A stretch of 64,000 nucleotides of DNA from Utricularia gibba (lineage: Eukaryota > Plantae > Magnoliophyta): positions 620,001 through 684,000 of the forward strand of contig NEEC01000019.1 in NCBI GenBank assembly GCA_002189035.1, read 5' to 3'. Below, one piece after another: positions 1-11,323 of this stretch; the first letter of the stretch is position 1, and the number at the start of each line of letters is the position of its first letter. The notes beneath the pieces are model-generated. The model ran no database searches. It saw only the letters and a program-made list of their open reading frames with translations, and was not told where the DNA came from. Position numbers and translations under genes: made by a program.

Positions 1-480
1 CATGTAAAGGTTCATCATAATCCTGAAAAATATTTTCAATTTTGCTTCGAATTTCGTTTGCTCTAGAGGTGGGAAAAAATTGATTTAAAAATGCTTTCTT
101 CATTTCCATTCAACTTCTAATACTTCCAGGTTCAAGTATATTGAACCATGTCTTGGCATATCCTTCAAAAGTAAATTAGAACACTCTGAGTAGTAAATCA
201 TCCTCAATCACGTCCTTGGGTCGCAGCACACCTCTAACAGCAATACAATCATCAATATGCATGTGAGGGTCCTCAATCTTATTCCCATAATACTTAGGAA
301 ACAGGGTAAGGGTTCCTGTCTAAACTCCAGATTAATTGTTGTTGTAGGAAAGATGATACAATGCCCTCGATATGTATGATCTGGTGACTCATACTCCCCA
401 ATGGTCTTCTCCAAAATATCCACAAGCTGCTGATTATTTGGGTGGTTGTCACCCATCTCTATGGCCCTCAAATTAGCCAA
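1..480 (-). mobile_element. Degenerate Ty3/gypsy (Athila/Tat-like) gag fragment, runs off the window start
   Basis: Minus-strand frames stitch to EYESPDHTYRGHCIIFPTTTINLEFRQ / GTLTLFPKYYGNKIEDPHMHIDD...LRVF*FTFEGYAKTWFNILEPGSIRS* / NQFFPTSRANEIRSKI. This resembles the retrotransposon gag pattern LPKFHG..EDP..H....F..SL.G.AK.W...L.PGSI.SW......FFP.SR. Frameshifts and stops are present. Confidence 0.75.
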
Positions 481-776
481 ATATGATTAGTATGATAGAG
501 AATAAATTTTGAAAATATGACTATTTGTGTAAAATTTCTGAAATTATCTAAACTTCATCTCTGTTCCTAAAACACATATATATTTATAATATATCTACTA
601 ATTACATATAACTAAAAAAATCTTACAATATATTCTATAATATACTATCTAACTATCATGGCAACTTATAATTCCATGCCAAATCTGGTTTGTGAAACGC
701 CATGAATGCTCCCTCTCCATTTATGCATACTGTGTCAGGTATGAGACTTGTGAATCACTGAACAAGAGCACAACAA

Positions 777-2160
777 ATGTTGTTCCCTCAGTTCATAAGC
801 TTTGTTCTCTTTCTTATACTGTCTACTGCTCTCCTGATAACGCGCAAAACCGGGGAAAAAGCCTCGTTCTTTCAGCGGCTGGACGAGAAACAGTGCAATT
901 TGTTTTCCGGAAGATGGATTTTTGATGATGTTGATTACCCTCTGTACAGGGAGGAGGAGTGTTCTTTCCTGGAATATGATTTTACATGTAAGAAGAATGG
1001 GAGAAAGAATTTCAAGTATCAGAACTGGAGATGGCAGCCCCATGATTGTCTTCTTCCAAGGTAGACGACCTCTGGCATTCCAGTTTCCCTTTACAAATAG
1101 TTGAAATTCCGATGTGGGAGTTTGAATGTAGGTTCAATGGGAAGAGGATGCTGGAGAAACTGAGGGGAAAGAAGATGGTGTTTGTGGGAGATTCAATGAA
1201 CAAAAATCAATGGAAATCATTGCTTTGCATGATAGAGCCCTATCTCATTCCATCCTCTAACAAAACACTCATTTTGGAGGGGAACCTCAAATTCTTTCAC
1301 TCCCATGTATGTATCTCTTCCTATGGCTTCTTCAAACACATATCTTTCTCACAAGGCAATGTTCACATTTACGACAGGAATACGATGCGACGATCGGATT
1401 CTATTGGGCGCCAATGCTCGTAGAATCAAACTGTGACAACATTGAGTTACATCGATTTTCGCCAAAGAAAGTCCGTCTCAACTCGATAGAAAAGCATGGG
1501 AGGCATTGGCTGGATGCAGACATCCTCATCTTCGATTCATTTGCATGGTGGATGAGCCAAACCATGATCATGTCGTATGTCTCATAACATTACGGTTTAT
1601 CGTATGGTAAGAGTATGGCTTACCTCGATGGATGGTTTTTCAGGTGGGGAGAGATCGATAGCCCCGATGCAATATACCAACCGATGGATAACAAAGCTCG
1701 CCGATTCGAGATGGCTTTGAACTCATGGTCAGATTGGCTGGAGATTCACATAAATCGAACCAAAACGAAGATGTTTTTCATGAGCTTTTCACCTTACAGA
1801 GAGTGGACTGGGAAGAACAAAACAGTTTGGGGTACAGACTTCTTCTGTCATGGTCGAGTGGAGCCGATTTTCGACGAGGGGTATTGGCCTAGTGCTGTGC
1901 ATCCTGACATGGTGCAAGTGCTGGAATCTGCCATAGAAAAGTTGGCAACGAGAGGAGTGCAAGTGCAATACCTGAACATCACACACCTTTCTGGTTTTCG
2001 AGAAGACGCCCATCTGTCGACGGACAGAGTTATTTGGCATGAACTGTTGAAAAACTACGATAAGAAACCATTGAAGTATTCGGATTGCTTACATTGGTGT
2101 CTCCCTGGAGTTCCCGATGTCTGGAACGAGATTCTGTATGATTACATAATGAGACTTTGA
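777..2160 (+). CDS. TBL: Trichome birefringence-like (TBL/PC-esterase) polysaccharide O-acetyltransferase, TBL34-like; 4 exons: 777-1060, 1132-1306, 1378-1574, 1644-2160
   Basis: N-terminal TM segment, PMR5N Cys domain (CNLFSGRW...C...NGR...NWRWQPHDC), GDS motif ([11 protein letters not shown]) and [15 protein letters not shown]. The three short GT-AG introns join in frame. Confidence 0.95.
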
Positions 2161-2674
2161 GCTTACTGGTTTCGCATACTCCCTTCTCATCGCAATGAGC
2201 TGCAATCACACAGCTGGAAAGAGTGCAGTTACATTCGCGAGCAAGTACTGAGAGGAAATAGGGGTGTAACGTATTCATTCCAAAACTGAATTTTCATGGT
2301 TAAAAATCAAAACTTTGCTAAAACTAAAGCATCTTCCTGCTTAAAAAGCTCAGCCAAGTTCTCATCGTCAACAGAATTCACCTGGGCTTCGCAAGTTTTA
2401 CAGCTGCACTATCCATCAGAGGGATGCAGCGGAGGGGATTTCTATGAACGCGTTCGGTTGGGGTCTGCGACTGTGAAAGAGGTAGAATTTTGAATTACTG
2501 TTCGCATGATTGATCCTTCAGGTTTTTTTTTTTTTTTGGGTGGAAAAGAAAATGCATTAATATTTGTTGGTGGGGAAGGAGACACAGAGGATGGTTTTTT
2601 CAAACTCCAATTGAATTTCAGTGGATGCGATGCAACATATGCTGTGAAAATATCTTCTCTAGAGAATTCAGCCG

Positions 2675-5600
2675 ATGGCATTCACGGCTGTGCACCATCA
2701 CATTGGCAGAAGTTGCGTCTACTCAGCTCATTCGAATTTCAGGTTTCGCTTTCAGATTTGTTCGCGGAGATCAACGGTGAAGGATGGGAAAAGCGCTCGG
2801 TGTAGTAGAATTGGGTTCCGGAAGCTCCCTAAAGCTTCAGCTAACAAGAACCCCACCAACAATCCCGAGAAGCTGAAGCCGAAGCCGAGAGTATCCGATG
2901 GTAGTGTCAACCCGGATCCCGTTCCTGAGCCGAAGTCACAGGTGTCGGTGCTGCATCGCCTCCGGTAGTTTATTCTGGGAATTCTTGGCTGGTGACTTGA
3001 TTTTGTATCCAGATATGTATGATATTTATATTACATTTGGGATTGTAGGGAGACATTCCAATTGGATGGACTTGGAATGGATATTCTGTCAATTGCACTG
3101 CCAGCGGCTTTAGCTCTTGCTGCTGATCCCATCACGTCACTTGTTGACACGGCATTTGTTGGTCATATAGGTGAATTTTCTTGATTTTCGTTCTATACTC
3201 GTTATTTCTACTCTGTACTAACTGGGTGGAACATGGAATTATGGTATTTTTTTTCGTTCCATTCAATGCTTTGTTGTTTTGAAGAATATGGAAAAAAATG
3301 GATAATTTTCCACCAGCAGCATTTTATGTTTATTGAGATGTGATCTTGTAGGGTCTGCGGAACTTGCAGCAGTTGGTGTGTCTGGTGCTATATTTAACCT
3401 TGTCTCTAAATTATTTAATGTGCCATTGCTTAATGTCACAACATCTTTTGTTGCTGAGGAGCAGGCCTCTCTTCGTGAGGCCTCAGATGAGAATCAAGCC
3501 ATTGCTAAAGGTATTTTTCGTGTTCTTATTATGCCATCCTGTTAGCCTTCTGCATCAGTTTAAAGGTGTAATCCGTTTGATGTTTCAGATTCATTATTTT
3601 GCAGATCCGAAAGGCAAAATATTTCTGCCTTCAATATCGAGTGCTCTCATTCTTGCTGCAACTCTTGGCGTTTTAGAAGCTGTTGCAATTTTCGCAGGCT
3701 CCTGTAATTTGATGAATACGATGGGTATACCTGTTGTATGTCTTGTTTTTCTATTTCCCAAATTCTAGTTCTTTATTCTTAGTTCTGCAGCTCTCTGAAA
3801 CCAAACATGCTTGAAGCAGTTCTCCATAAGTGTTCTATTGCATGATTTTTTACTTGTTTTCCATGAATGCTGTTTGATATCCAAAGTGATGAATCAAAAA
3901 AGTTCGTGTACACTTTACTAAGTTTTCAGTCGACCTACTGCAGGATTCACCAATAAGGCTACCCGCTGAGCAGTTTCTTACTCTTAGGGCCATTGGTGCC
4001 CCAGCAATTGTTATAGCACTTGCGGCTCAAGGAACTTTTCGTGGATTCAAGGACACAAGGACACCATTATTTGCTGTTGGCAAGTGTTTGTTTTAGTAGC
4101 TTTTATCTGTCGTGTCTACTCTTCAATGGATGAAACAAACTCCCATTCATAGCTTTCTGAAACTGGCCTGATATGATATCCATGTTGTTCGGTTGATTTC
4201 AGCAATTTTTAACTGATAAAGATAAAACTGATGCGCTGTTTCGTTGTTCACAGCTGAATTTTGAACTAATCATGACGTTGTCCTGATTCCAGGAGCTGGC
4301 AATTTACTCAATGCGATATTGGATCCAATATTAATATTTTACTTTCATCTTGGCGTTGGTGGTGCTGCAATTTCTACTGTCATTTCTGAGTATGTCAATC
4401 ATGTGGTAAACATTTAGATGAGCTACGACAGACAAATTACATTAACAGAAGCACACCTTATGTTCTGTGAATATGTTTCAGGTACCTGATTTGTCTAATC
4501 CTTCTTCTGAAGTTGAATGACAAAGTTCAACTTATTGCTCCATCCATCGATACACAGAGGCTTTCCCAGTATCTTGTGTCAGGTGATTCCTAAACTTTCG
4601 TATCTCATTTGGGGTCTTTTTAGGAAAGGAACTGAAGCTCATCGTTCAATAACTGGGCATGTTCATGTTTTCCATTTATATATTCTACTGAGTTGGTTTA
4701 AGTTGGTTCTGCAGTAAAACTCAAATCCAACTGGTTATATTTCATGAATTTTTATAAAATTATTCATTGCTGACGGTTTCATATCACCCAGGTGCCCTCC
4801 TGACTGGACGAACAGTGGCAGTCCTTTTGACAACAACAATTGCCACATCGATGGCTGCAAGAGAGGGGCTATAAAAATGGCTGGTTATCAAATCTGTTTT
4901 CAAGTTTGGTTGGCTCTGTCTTTGCTAAATGATGCTTTAGCACTTGCTGGTCAGGTATCATTTACAAGCGTAGAAAAGCAGTGCATTTCTTATTATTGAT
5001 CTTGTGAAGCAGAACAACTGACTTCTATGAACTTTTCCACAGACGATCATTGCAAGTGACTACTCTCAAGGTAACTATGGACCCGCTGGAAAGGTGGCTT
5101 ACAAAGTCCTTCAGGTTGTAAAAAAGAAAATAATTTGAAAATTTCCTTGCATATTGCCTGACTGTGTAATCTTTACCTTAACCTATACTTCATCTGCAAC
5201 CCAAATCAAGTCAGATTGGTTTTACCATTGGGGTGGCGCTGGCAGTAATCTTATCCCTAGGCTTTGATGCCTTGTCCGGGTTATTTACTACAGATTCAGA
5301 AGCTCTCGAAGTAGCAAGATCTGGAGTACTGGTAACACGATTTTCTTGGGTTGAATTTTGTATCATTTTCACTCTTCTTCTCAGTTTGGTCCTAATTTGA
5401 CATAATGTTGTTGTACATCTCAGTTTGTTGCTGGGTCTCAACCTGTGAATGCCATTGCTTTTGTCCTCGATGGGCTTTATTATGGGGTTTCAGATTTTGG
5501 ATTTGCTGCATGCTCCATGGTTACTACCCATACCTTGATTCTATCTGTTTTGTTGTTTTCCTCATAAATTAAGATGGTTGGTTAATTTTTTTATGTTGTT

Positions 5601-5942
5601 TTCTAGGTGATAGTCGGGCTCATTTCTTCCTTATTCTTAGCCTTGGCTGCTCCACAATTTGGCCTTGCTGGAGTATGGGGTGGTCTCTTTCTCTTTATGA
5701 CATTGCGAGTTGTTGCTGGAGCCATTAGGTAAATGAAAACATCACAAGCACTGTTTCTCTATGATCTTATTCTCCGTATCTCCACCTAGATCAAGGCCAT
5801 TATGTAGCTTCTTGTTTACTACTACTTCAAAATCATTCCCTTAGCTCACAGAGCAACATGAATACTTCTCCTGTTCAGGTTAGGCACCAGAAGTGGACCA
5901 TGGAGGTTTCTCTGGCTGGACACAGAAAAGGAGTTTGACTGA
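2675..5942 (+). CDS. DTX44: Chloroplast-type MATE transporter (DETOXIFICATION 44-like), 13 exons; one -1 frameshift at 4865-4869 and one GC-AG intron at 4080-4292
   Basis: Transit-peptide-like exon 1, then ILSIALPAALALAADPITSLVDTAFVGHIG, FRGFKDTRTP, QVWLALSLLNDALALAGQ, DGLYYGVSDF and the terminal RLGTRSGPWRFL. Exons were traced by splice sites. Confidence 0.92.
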
Positions 5943-6312
5943 TTCACTATGGAGAACTACCCAGAAACCCTTCACCTCTGCAGAGTTTCATTTCATATTG
6001 AGAACTCGCATTGGGAAAGTTGTATATAGCTTTTGTTCCTGCTACTTAACTGCCAGCGAAGATGGCACAGAATGGTAGTTGATTCTAGATCTCCAAATCA
6101 TTGTTGCCTAGAATTATTTTCTAGTTCAAGTTCATTGAAATCTCAATGTGGAAATAGGCAGCAGGTATGGTTCAAAGTGTCCGCAGTGATTAACATACAC
6201 CTACTTTCTTCCACATTTCATCATTGGGCATGGTGTGTGATCAACAAAATGCACTTCATACAAGAAGCCTTGCACTTCATACAGTCTTTGCAACGCAGAA
6301 AATCGGTCTGGT

Positions 6313-7558
6313 CTAGTCCAGACCAGCAACCTTGCACCTCTGCTTCAAATTGCGATTCTCCTGCACAAGATATGTATGATCAATGCTCAAGTGGAAAGAC
6401 GCACTTCCATCTTGACACCTACCCAGTGATGAACTTATCACAATGAAAACCACCAACTCCCATCAAGGTCTAAAACACAAAGAAACCTGAAAAAGTAGGC
6501 ATCACAAGTGCGCAAAAATCTTTGTTGCAATCACAACTCCATAGAGTTCTGATTTTTGTTCGACGCGAACAAGCTAATGTAGCAACCAATGAAGATTCAT
6601 AGTCTGACATTACCAATATCAACAATTTAAATATTGTAAGCCACACCCAACAGCATTCAACACACCCCAAAATCCAGTTATCAGAGCTGATGGAGTTCAG
6701 GAATGTTGGAAGGTTTGGATCAATGCAGATTACCTGTTCTAGAACTCTGGCATTTGTCTGCTCCACCATCCTTGACAAACTATCTATCTTGGCGAGCATT
6801 TTATCATACAAATCCTCGATCGTCAGAGTATCAGCAGCCTCAGAATGTATCAATCGACCAAGGTCTGCAACATCAAAGCCCTCGGTACACTTAGTGAGTT
6901 GAGTTTGATCACTCAGGCGCTTCTTCTGGGAAGCCAAGCTTTGCCTATAGTCTTCATTTTCCTCCATCCTGTTTTTCCCCAAATCAATCATGGGCAATTG
7001 GACGCTAGGGCTAAACGAGTCGTACTGAGATCGGAATGAGGGCCCGATGTTCACGATGCTTAAACTCTTGGCCTCAAATCTGCTTCCCCTGTACTGAAAC
7101 GCCTTGTACTCATGGGTATGAATAATCTGATCTTGGAACGGCGTCGTGATGAGGAGAAGGAGAGAAGGAGAAAATTCCAAGTCTGAATATTGTGGGGTGA
7201 ATTTTAGAGAGGGGGAAGAGACGAGCGAAGAAGTCATGGAGGAGTCCTTCAAGGAAGGGCGGAGGGGAGTTTTCCGGCGTGCGGAGAACCAGCCGAGGAG
7301 CACTCCGGAGTCGATGAGTGAGGCGGGTGGGGGGAGAGAGAGATGAGAGGGAATGGCGAGGAATGAGGTGATTGTAGCAGTGAGAATCGAAGAGACTGCT
7401 GCAGCGGTGGAATGATCGGAAAGGATATTGGGAGTGGAAACCGCGGCGCGGCCAAAAAGGTAGCCATGGATATCGCCGGCAGCGGCGGAGGATCGATGGA
7501 GAAGAGACGCGAGAGTGGCGCCGGATATCTGAATCTTGCCTATTGGGAAATCTTCCAT
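6313..7558 (-). CDS. BRCA1-A/BRISC subunit Abraxas/Abro1-like (MPN-related) protein; exons 7558-6734 and 6360-6313
   Basis: MEDFPIGKIQISGATLASLLHR...GDIHGYLFG...LLGWFSARRKTPLRPSLKDS...QIIHTHEYKAFQ with a C-terminal coiled coil. Donor after RVLEQ; the last exon ENRNLKQRCKVAGLD* follows a TGCAG acceptor. Recalled similarity to At3g08780. Confidence 0.85.
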
Positions 7559-8448
7559 CCTTCCCCTCTCACCGTTCCTGGCTTCTGGCCCGAACCCCCT
7601 TTTAACTTCCAACGGTTTTTGTTTTGGTCTGCACCTCAGGCACCGGCCGGCTTTTCCTCCTGGCTTCGGACAAGACGAAGAAGAAACTCTTGATTTTTTA
7701 ATTTGGGCTTCAGGCCCATCAAGTTTAATAAATTATATTATTTAATATACAAACATAATTATATCAATTTGATATAACTATACTCACATATTATATGTAC
7801 ACCTAAGCGATGTATGAGTATTTTTATAGCTAAATATTTGAGTTTATCTAAACTCATAAAAATCTAAATTAACTAACCAAACAAAGGTTTAGTGGCTACA
7901 TCTTCCATAAAAATTAAAAACAATATTGAAAATACCATTATTATAGCACATAGAAAATAGTATTTTAAAAACCACTTTGGTTTACTATAAATTTTATTAA
8001 ATTCAAAAAAATAAATTTTGGATCATAAATCACTCATAGAAATGGTTCATGGTTTTATTAATCCATTTATAAGCTAAAATTAAAATATAATATATTTATT
8101 ATGTAAATAGAAAAAATGCAATGTTTATAGAAAAAAAAAATTAAATTAACACACACACACTTCCGCTGTATTCGCTTACTCGATCCAGAAACCAGAATCT
8201 GTGGTTCGTATGGGATGGAATGGGAGGCCCCATGGCCATTAGTTCCATCAGGATGTAGTGATAAGATTATCTGCTGCATTTCTTTTTGATATTTGGCTTA
8301 TCCTTCTGAAGAAAGGCTAGATTTTGTTCTACGCAGACGCAAACAGCTCGCCACCGAGCATTAGAATCTGATACCAAATCGGATGAATTATGTGATGGTG
8401 ATCACTTCGGTTTCGCATCGGAAAAACCTGGGGGCGGCGAGGCTCAAC

Positions 8449-8572
8449 TGAGAAAAGTGGTCGAGGTGGGGAAGAAGGGCACATGAACCACTTGCTCAGG
8501 AATCGAATCGTTGCATCTGGTGCATGAGTTAGCAGTGCACGTGCCCTGCTTCTCCACCACGCCCACCGCTCA
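8449..8572 (-). ncRNA. MIR164: MIR164 precursor hairpin; mature miR164 at 8556-8536, star at about 8485-8465
   Basis: The reverse complement of 8536-8556 is TGGAGAAGCAGGGCACGTGCA, the canonical miR164. The complementary arm CATGTGCCCTTCTTCCCCACC and an extended lower stem are present. Confidence 0.97.
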
Positions 8573-8654
8573 TGCCCAAGATCAGCTCTTCTTTTGGAGA
8601 AGAAGAAGAGGAGGAGGAGGAGGAGAGGCACTGTTTTTAGTGTTTCGTCTCGGG

Positions 8655-8662
8655 TATTTATA
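8655..8662 (-). promoter_or_regulatory. TATA box of pri-miR164
   Basis: TATAAATA on the minus strand about 85 bp upstream of the hairpin, followed by a CT-rich leader. Confidence 0.65.
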
Positions 8663-10126
8663 AACCTGGGGTGGCTGAATCAAGGGAATGTGTCCAAAGC
8701 TTCCCACAAATACCCCTTTCATCCTGAACTATATTCGAAAAAACCCACCAAAAAAGATTCACCATTTAACAAACACAGTTTTGGGTTGGATTATGAACTT
8801 ACCGCTTGATCCCCGTAAAAACACGGAGTTACTTTGGTTGGTGTATGTCTGCAAGGACAGTCCAAATTTATGCATCTGCAGAAAAAAGCGGAAGCCCATG
8901 CGGATTCCTCATATTTGTGGCATGATTAGCTGATCATGGGACCCCATTTCGAAAAGAGGGCGACTTTGGATTGTGTTTTAAGCACAAGAATTCGGAGAGC
9001 ATGATTGATGTCCTCTAGTTGATGAAATCCTCAACACTGTAATCCGAAACAGACCCCAGCGCCGCCCCAATCTGGTGTCCGATACGCGGTTGTTGTGCTG
9101 TCTCCGGTGGTGCGTGAGCTCGAAGAGAGGAGGTTTTAGTTGCATGTGGGAGGATCAGGGTGATGGTGAATCCAGCTGATCCATCGCTTTATGGGAGTGG
9201 ATTGCTTGCTGTGCAAAAACAAACATACAGAGTTAAAGGAGAGGATCAAAGAATTTGCGTCACATCCACACGATCTATGAATCGCACAAGTAAACTTGAA
9301 ATCTAATTATACATTCAATTAATTATTAGTAATTTATAATTTTTTATATATTACTATTTCATTTTCAAATTTAGGATATGATATTATTTGTTCTAATACA
9401 AACTTTATCATATTTTCCCATGGAATGTGTATAATCATCATAAACGCAACCCATGGTTGAAGAGGAATCCGGAATTTTTTTTTTTTTTACAAAAAAAAAT
9501 GTAAAATTCAATTTTTTTTAAAAAAAAAAAGACAAGAAGGTTCGATAATTCCAAAATTTTTAGGGAATGGAATCAAAATTGAGTGGGTTTGGATAAGACG
9601 TGAAATGGGCGCAGTGACTGGTTTGATGGGCATCAAGAAACACAAGAAATGAATGGATCATGTTTTTATTTATTTCGGCTACGGAGCAGCCGTGTCAAAG
9701 ATGGCCAATGGATACGTACATCAATTGTGGGCTCCATTCATTTCTTTTTTTTTTTTTTAATATTTTGAAATCTCAACCGTCGTCACTGGGCCCCCTCCCA
9801 AAAAATAAAAAGAAAAGTTAGCACTAATTACGTACATTATTCGAAGGTCTCCTCCACTTTTCGAAAACCCTCCTGCTGCCACGTGTTCCACCACAAGCCA
9901 ATCACACATTTCTACAGCGATGCACTGTTCAAAAAGGCTATGAAAGTAAGGTATTTATGGGGCATGATTTTAAAAAACGGATTATCTCCTATATATTAAA
10001 TTAAAAAATTAATATTTGACTTGATAATTTCTCTCTCATATTCGGACGATAAAGGTAACCATTTTAATAAATAAATCCATTTATTGAAGGACCCAATACA
10101 AGGCATATGTTAAAGGTATGATTAGA

Positions 10127-10423
10127 CCTACGTTTTCAACCTATCCGTTAACCGCCCCCATTCAATCGAGTGAACCAATAACAAAAAAACGGTTAGGGTG
10201 ACATATAAAATTTTTAAATCATTTTCATTATGTGTTTTATTTGTCTTTAATGTCATTTTTATCATTTTATTTATTATGATTATTTCATTTTGATTAATTT
10301 TATGTTAGAGTTATTTCAAATTTTATTCTTACATGTTGGTTTTTATTAAAAAAAATAATTTATATTATATTTTTTAGCAAATGATTGAATCGGTTGGGTG
10401 ACCGGTTGAGTTAAAGGCGTAGG
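10127..10423. mobile_element. MITE-like element with about 40-bp imperfect terminal inverted repeats
   Basis: The left end CCTACGTTTTCAACCTATCCGTTAACCGCCCCCATTCAATC aligns to the reverse complement of the right end, CCTACGCCTTTAACTCAACCGGTCACCCAACCGATTCAATC. The interior is AT-rich; no clear TSD. Confidence 0.5.
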
Positions 10424-11183
10424 ATAAGACTTAACATGAATTTAATATTTTTGGATTTGGTTTAATAATTTTTATAAGAACTTTGAAAATTATTAAATTT
10501 TTATGATTAACCGACTCGATTTTAAAACACCGCATACCATCACATGTTGCAATCTCGTTCTCAAAACGTGTACGTAGCATATAAAAGGATGAAGTAGGCT
10601 TGTCACAATACCTTATATTGGTTATGGATAAAAAAAGATGATGTAAATTGAAAAAAATTTCTAATCTTATATGAGACATTTTTTCTTGAAATATAGTGAC
10701 ATAAAACTGTACGAGTTAAAGTGACTAAATCGGATAAAGTCACCAACCATACCTCTATGGAATCGATAGAGTAGGTGAATGAGATGATGTAATATGAGGA
10801 GGAGGATTGATTTGGATGGGGTGGGAGTAAAAGAGGAGTAGGATGCCATCGTGTTATGCCATCGACTCGCGATCTTGGGTGATAAACCCTAGAAACACGT
10901 AGCACTTTGTTGGCAGGGTCGAGGACAAAGTTTGTTGTGGTGGAGCAGGGCATGGCATGGCATGGTGGAAATGAGGTGGATTCTTGTGACGCCAACCACT
11001 TCCGCCACCCACATCGACCACAAACGAATCAACCTACTCCTCGTCTTCCTATAAACTCCCTCATTGCAGACTCCATCCAACAACCCATGACCGAACCTCG
11101 CGCGCCACTATCATCGCTACCAGTGGCGGAATGTGACAGCCCACAAATTGAAGTGTTAGTTCAGCCTACTTACCTTACAGGTG

Positions 11184-11323
11184 GCGCAAGGATCGGTTGG
11201 ATTGGAGTGAACCGTGTCGCCGTTGCCTCGCACCGCGGAGCGCCCCGGGAGGGTTTTTGTTCGAAAAGAAGGTTTCGGTTGAGCTAAGTTCACCCCGGTT
11301 CACTCCATCACCGATCCTTGTGT
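11184..11323 (+). ncRNA. Candidate unannotated miRNA-like hairpin
   Basis: Arms 11184-11214 and 11296-11323 pair over about 28 bp with a 1-nt and a 2-nt bulge. TATAAA lies at 11050-11055. The family is not recognised. Confidence 0.45.

Noticed and set aside
8329-8631. 100-aa ORF over MIR164
   Set aside because: It has a GTG start, a microsatellite-encoded poly-Leu stretch and runs through the hairpin. There is no support for it as a protein.
10603-10995. 130-aa minus-strand ORF
   Set aside because: No recognisable domain, and it degrades into AT-rich sequence.
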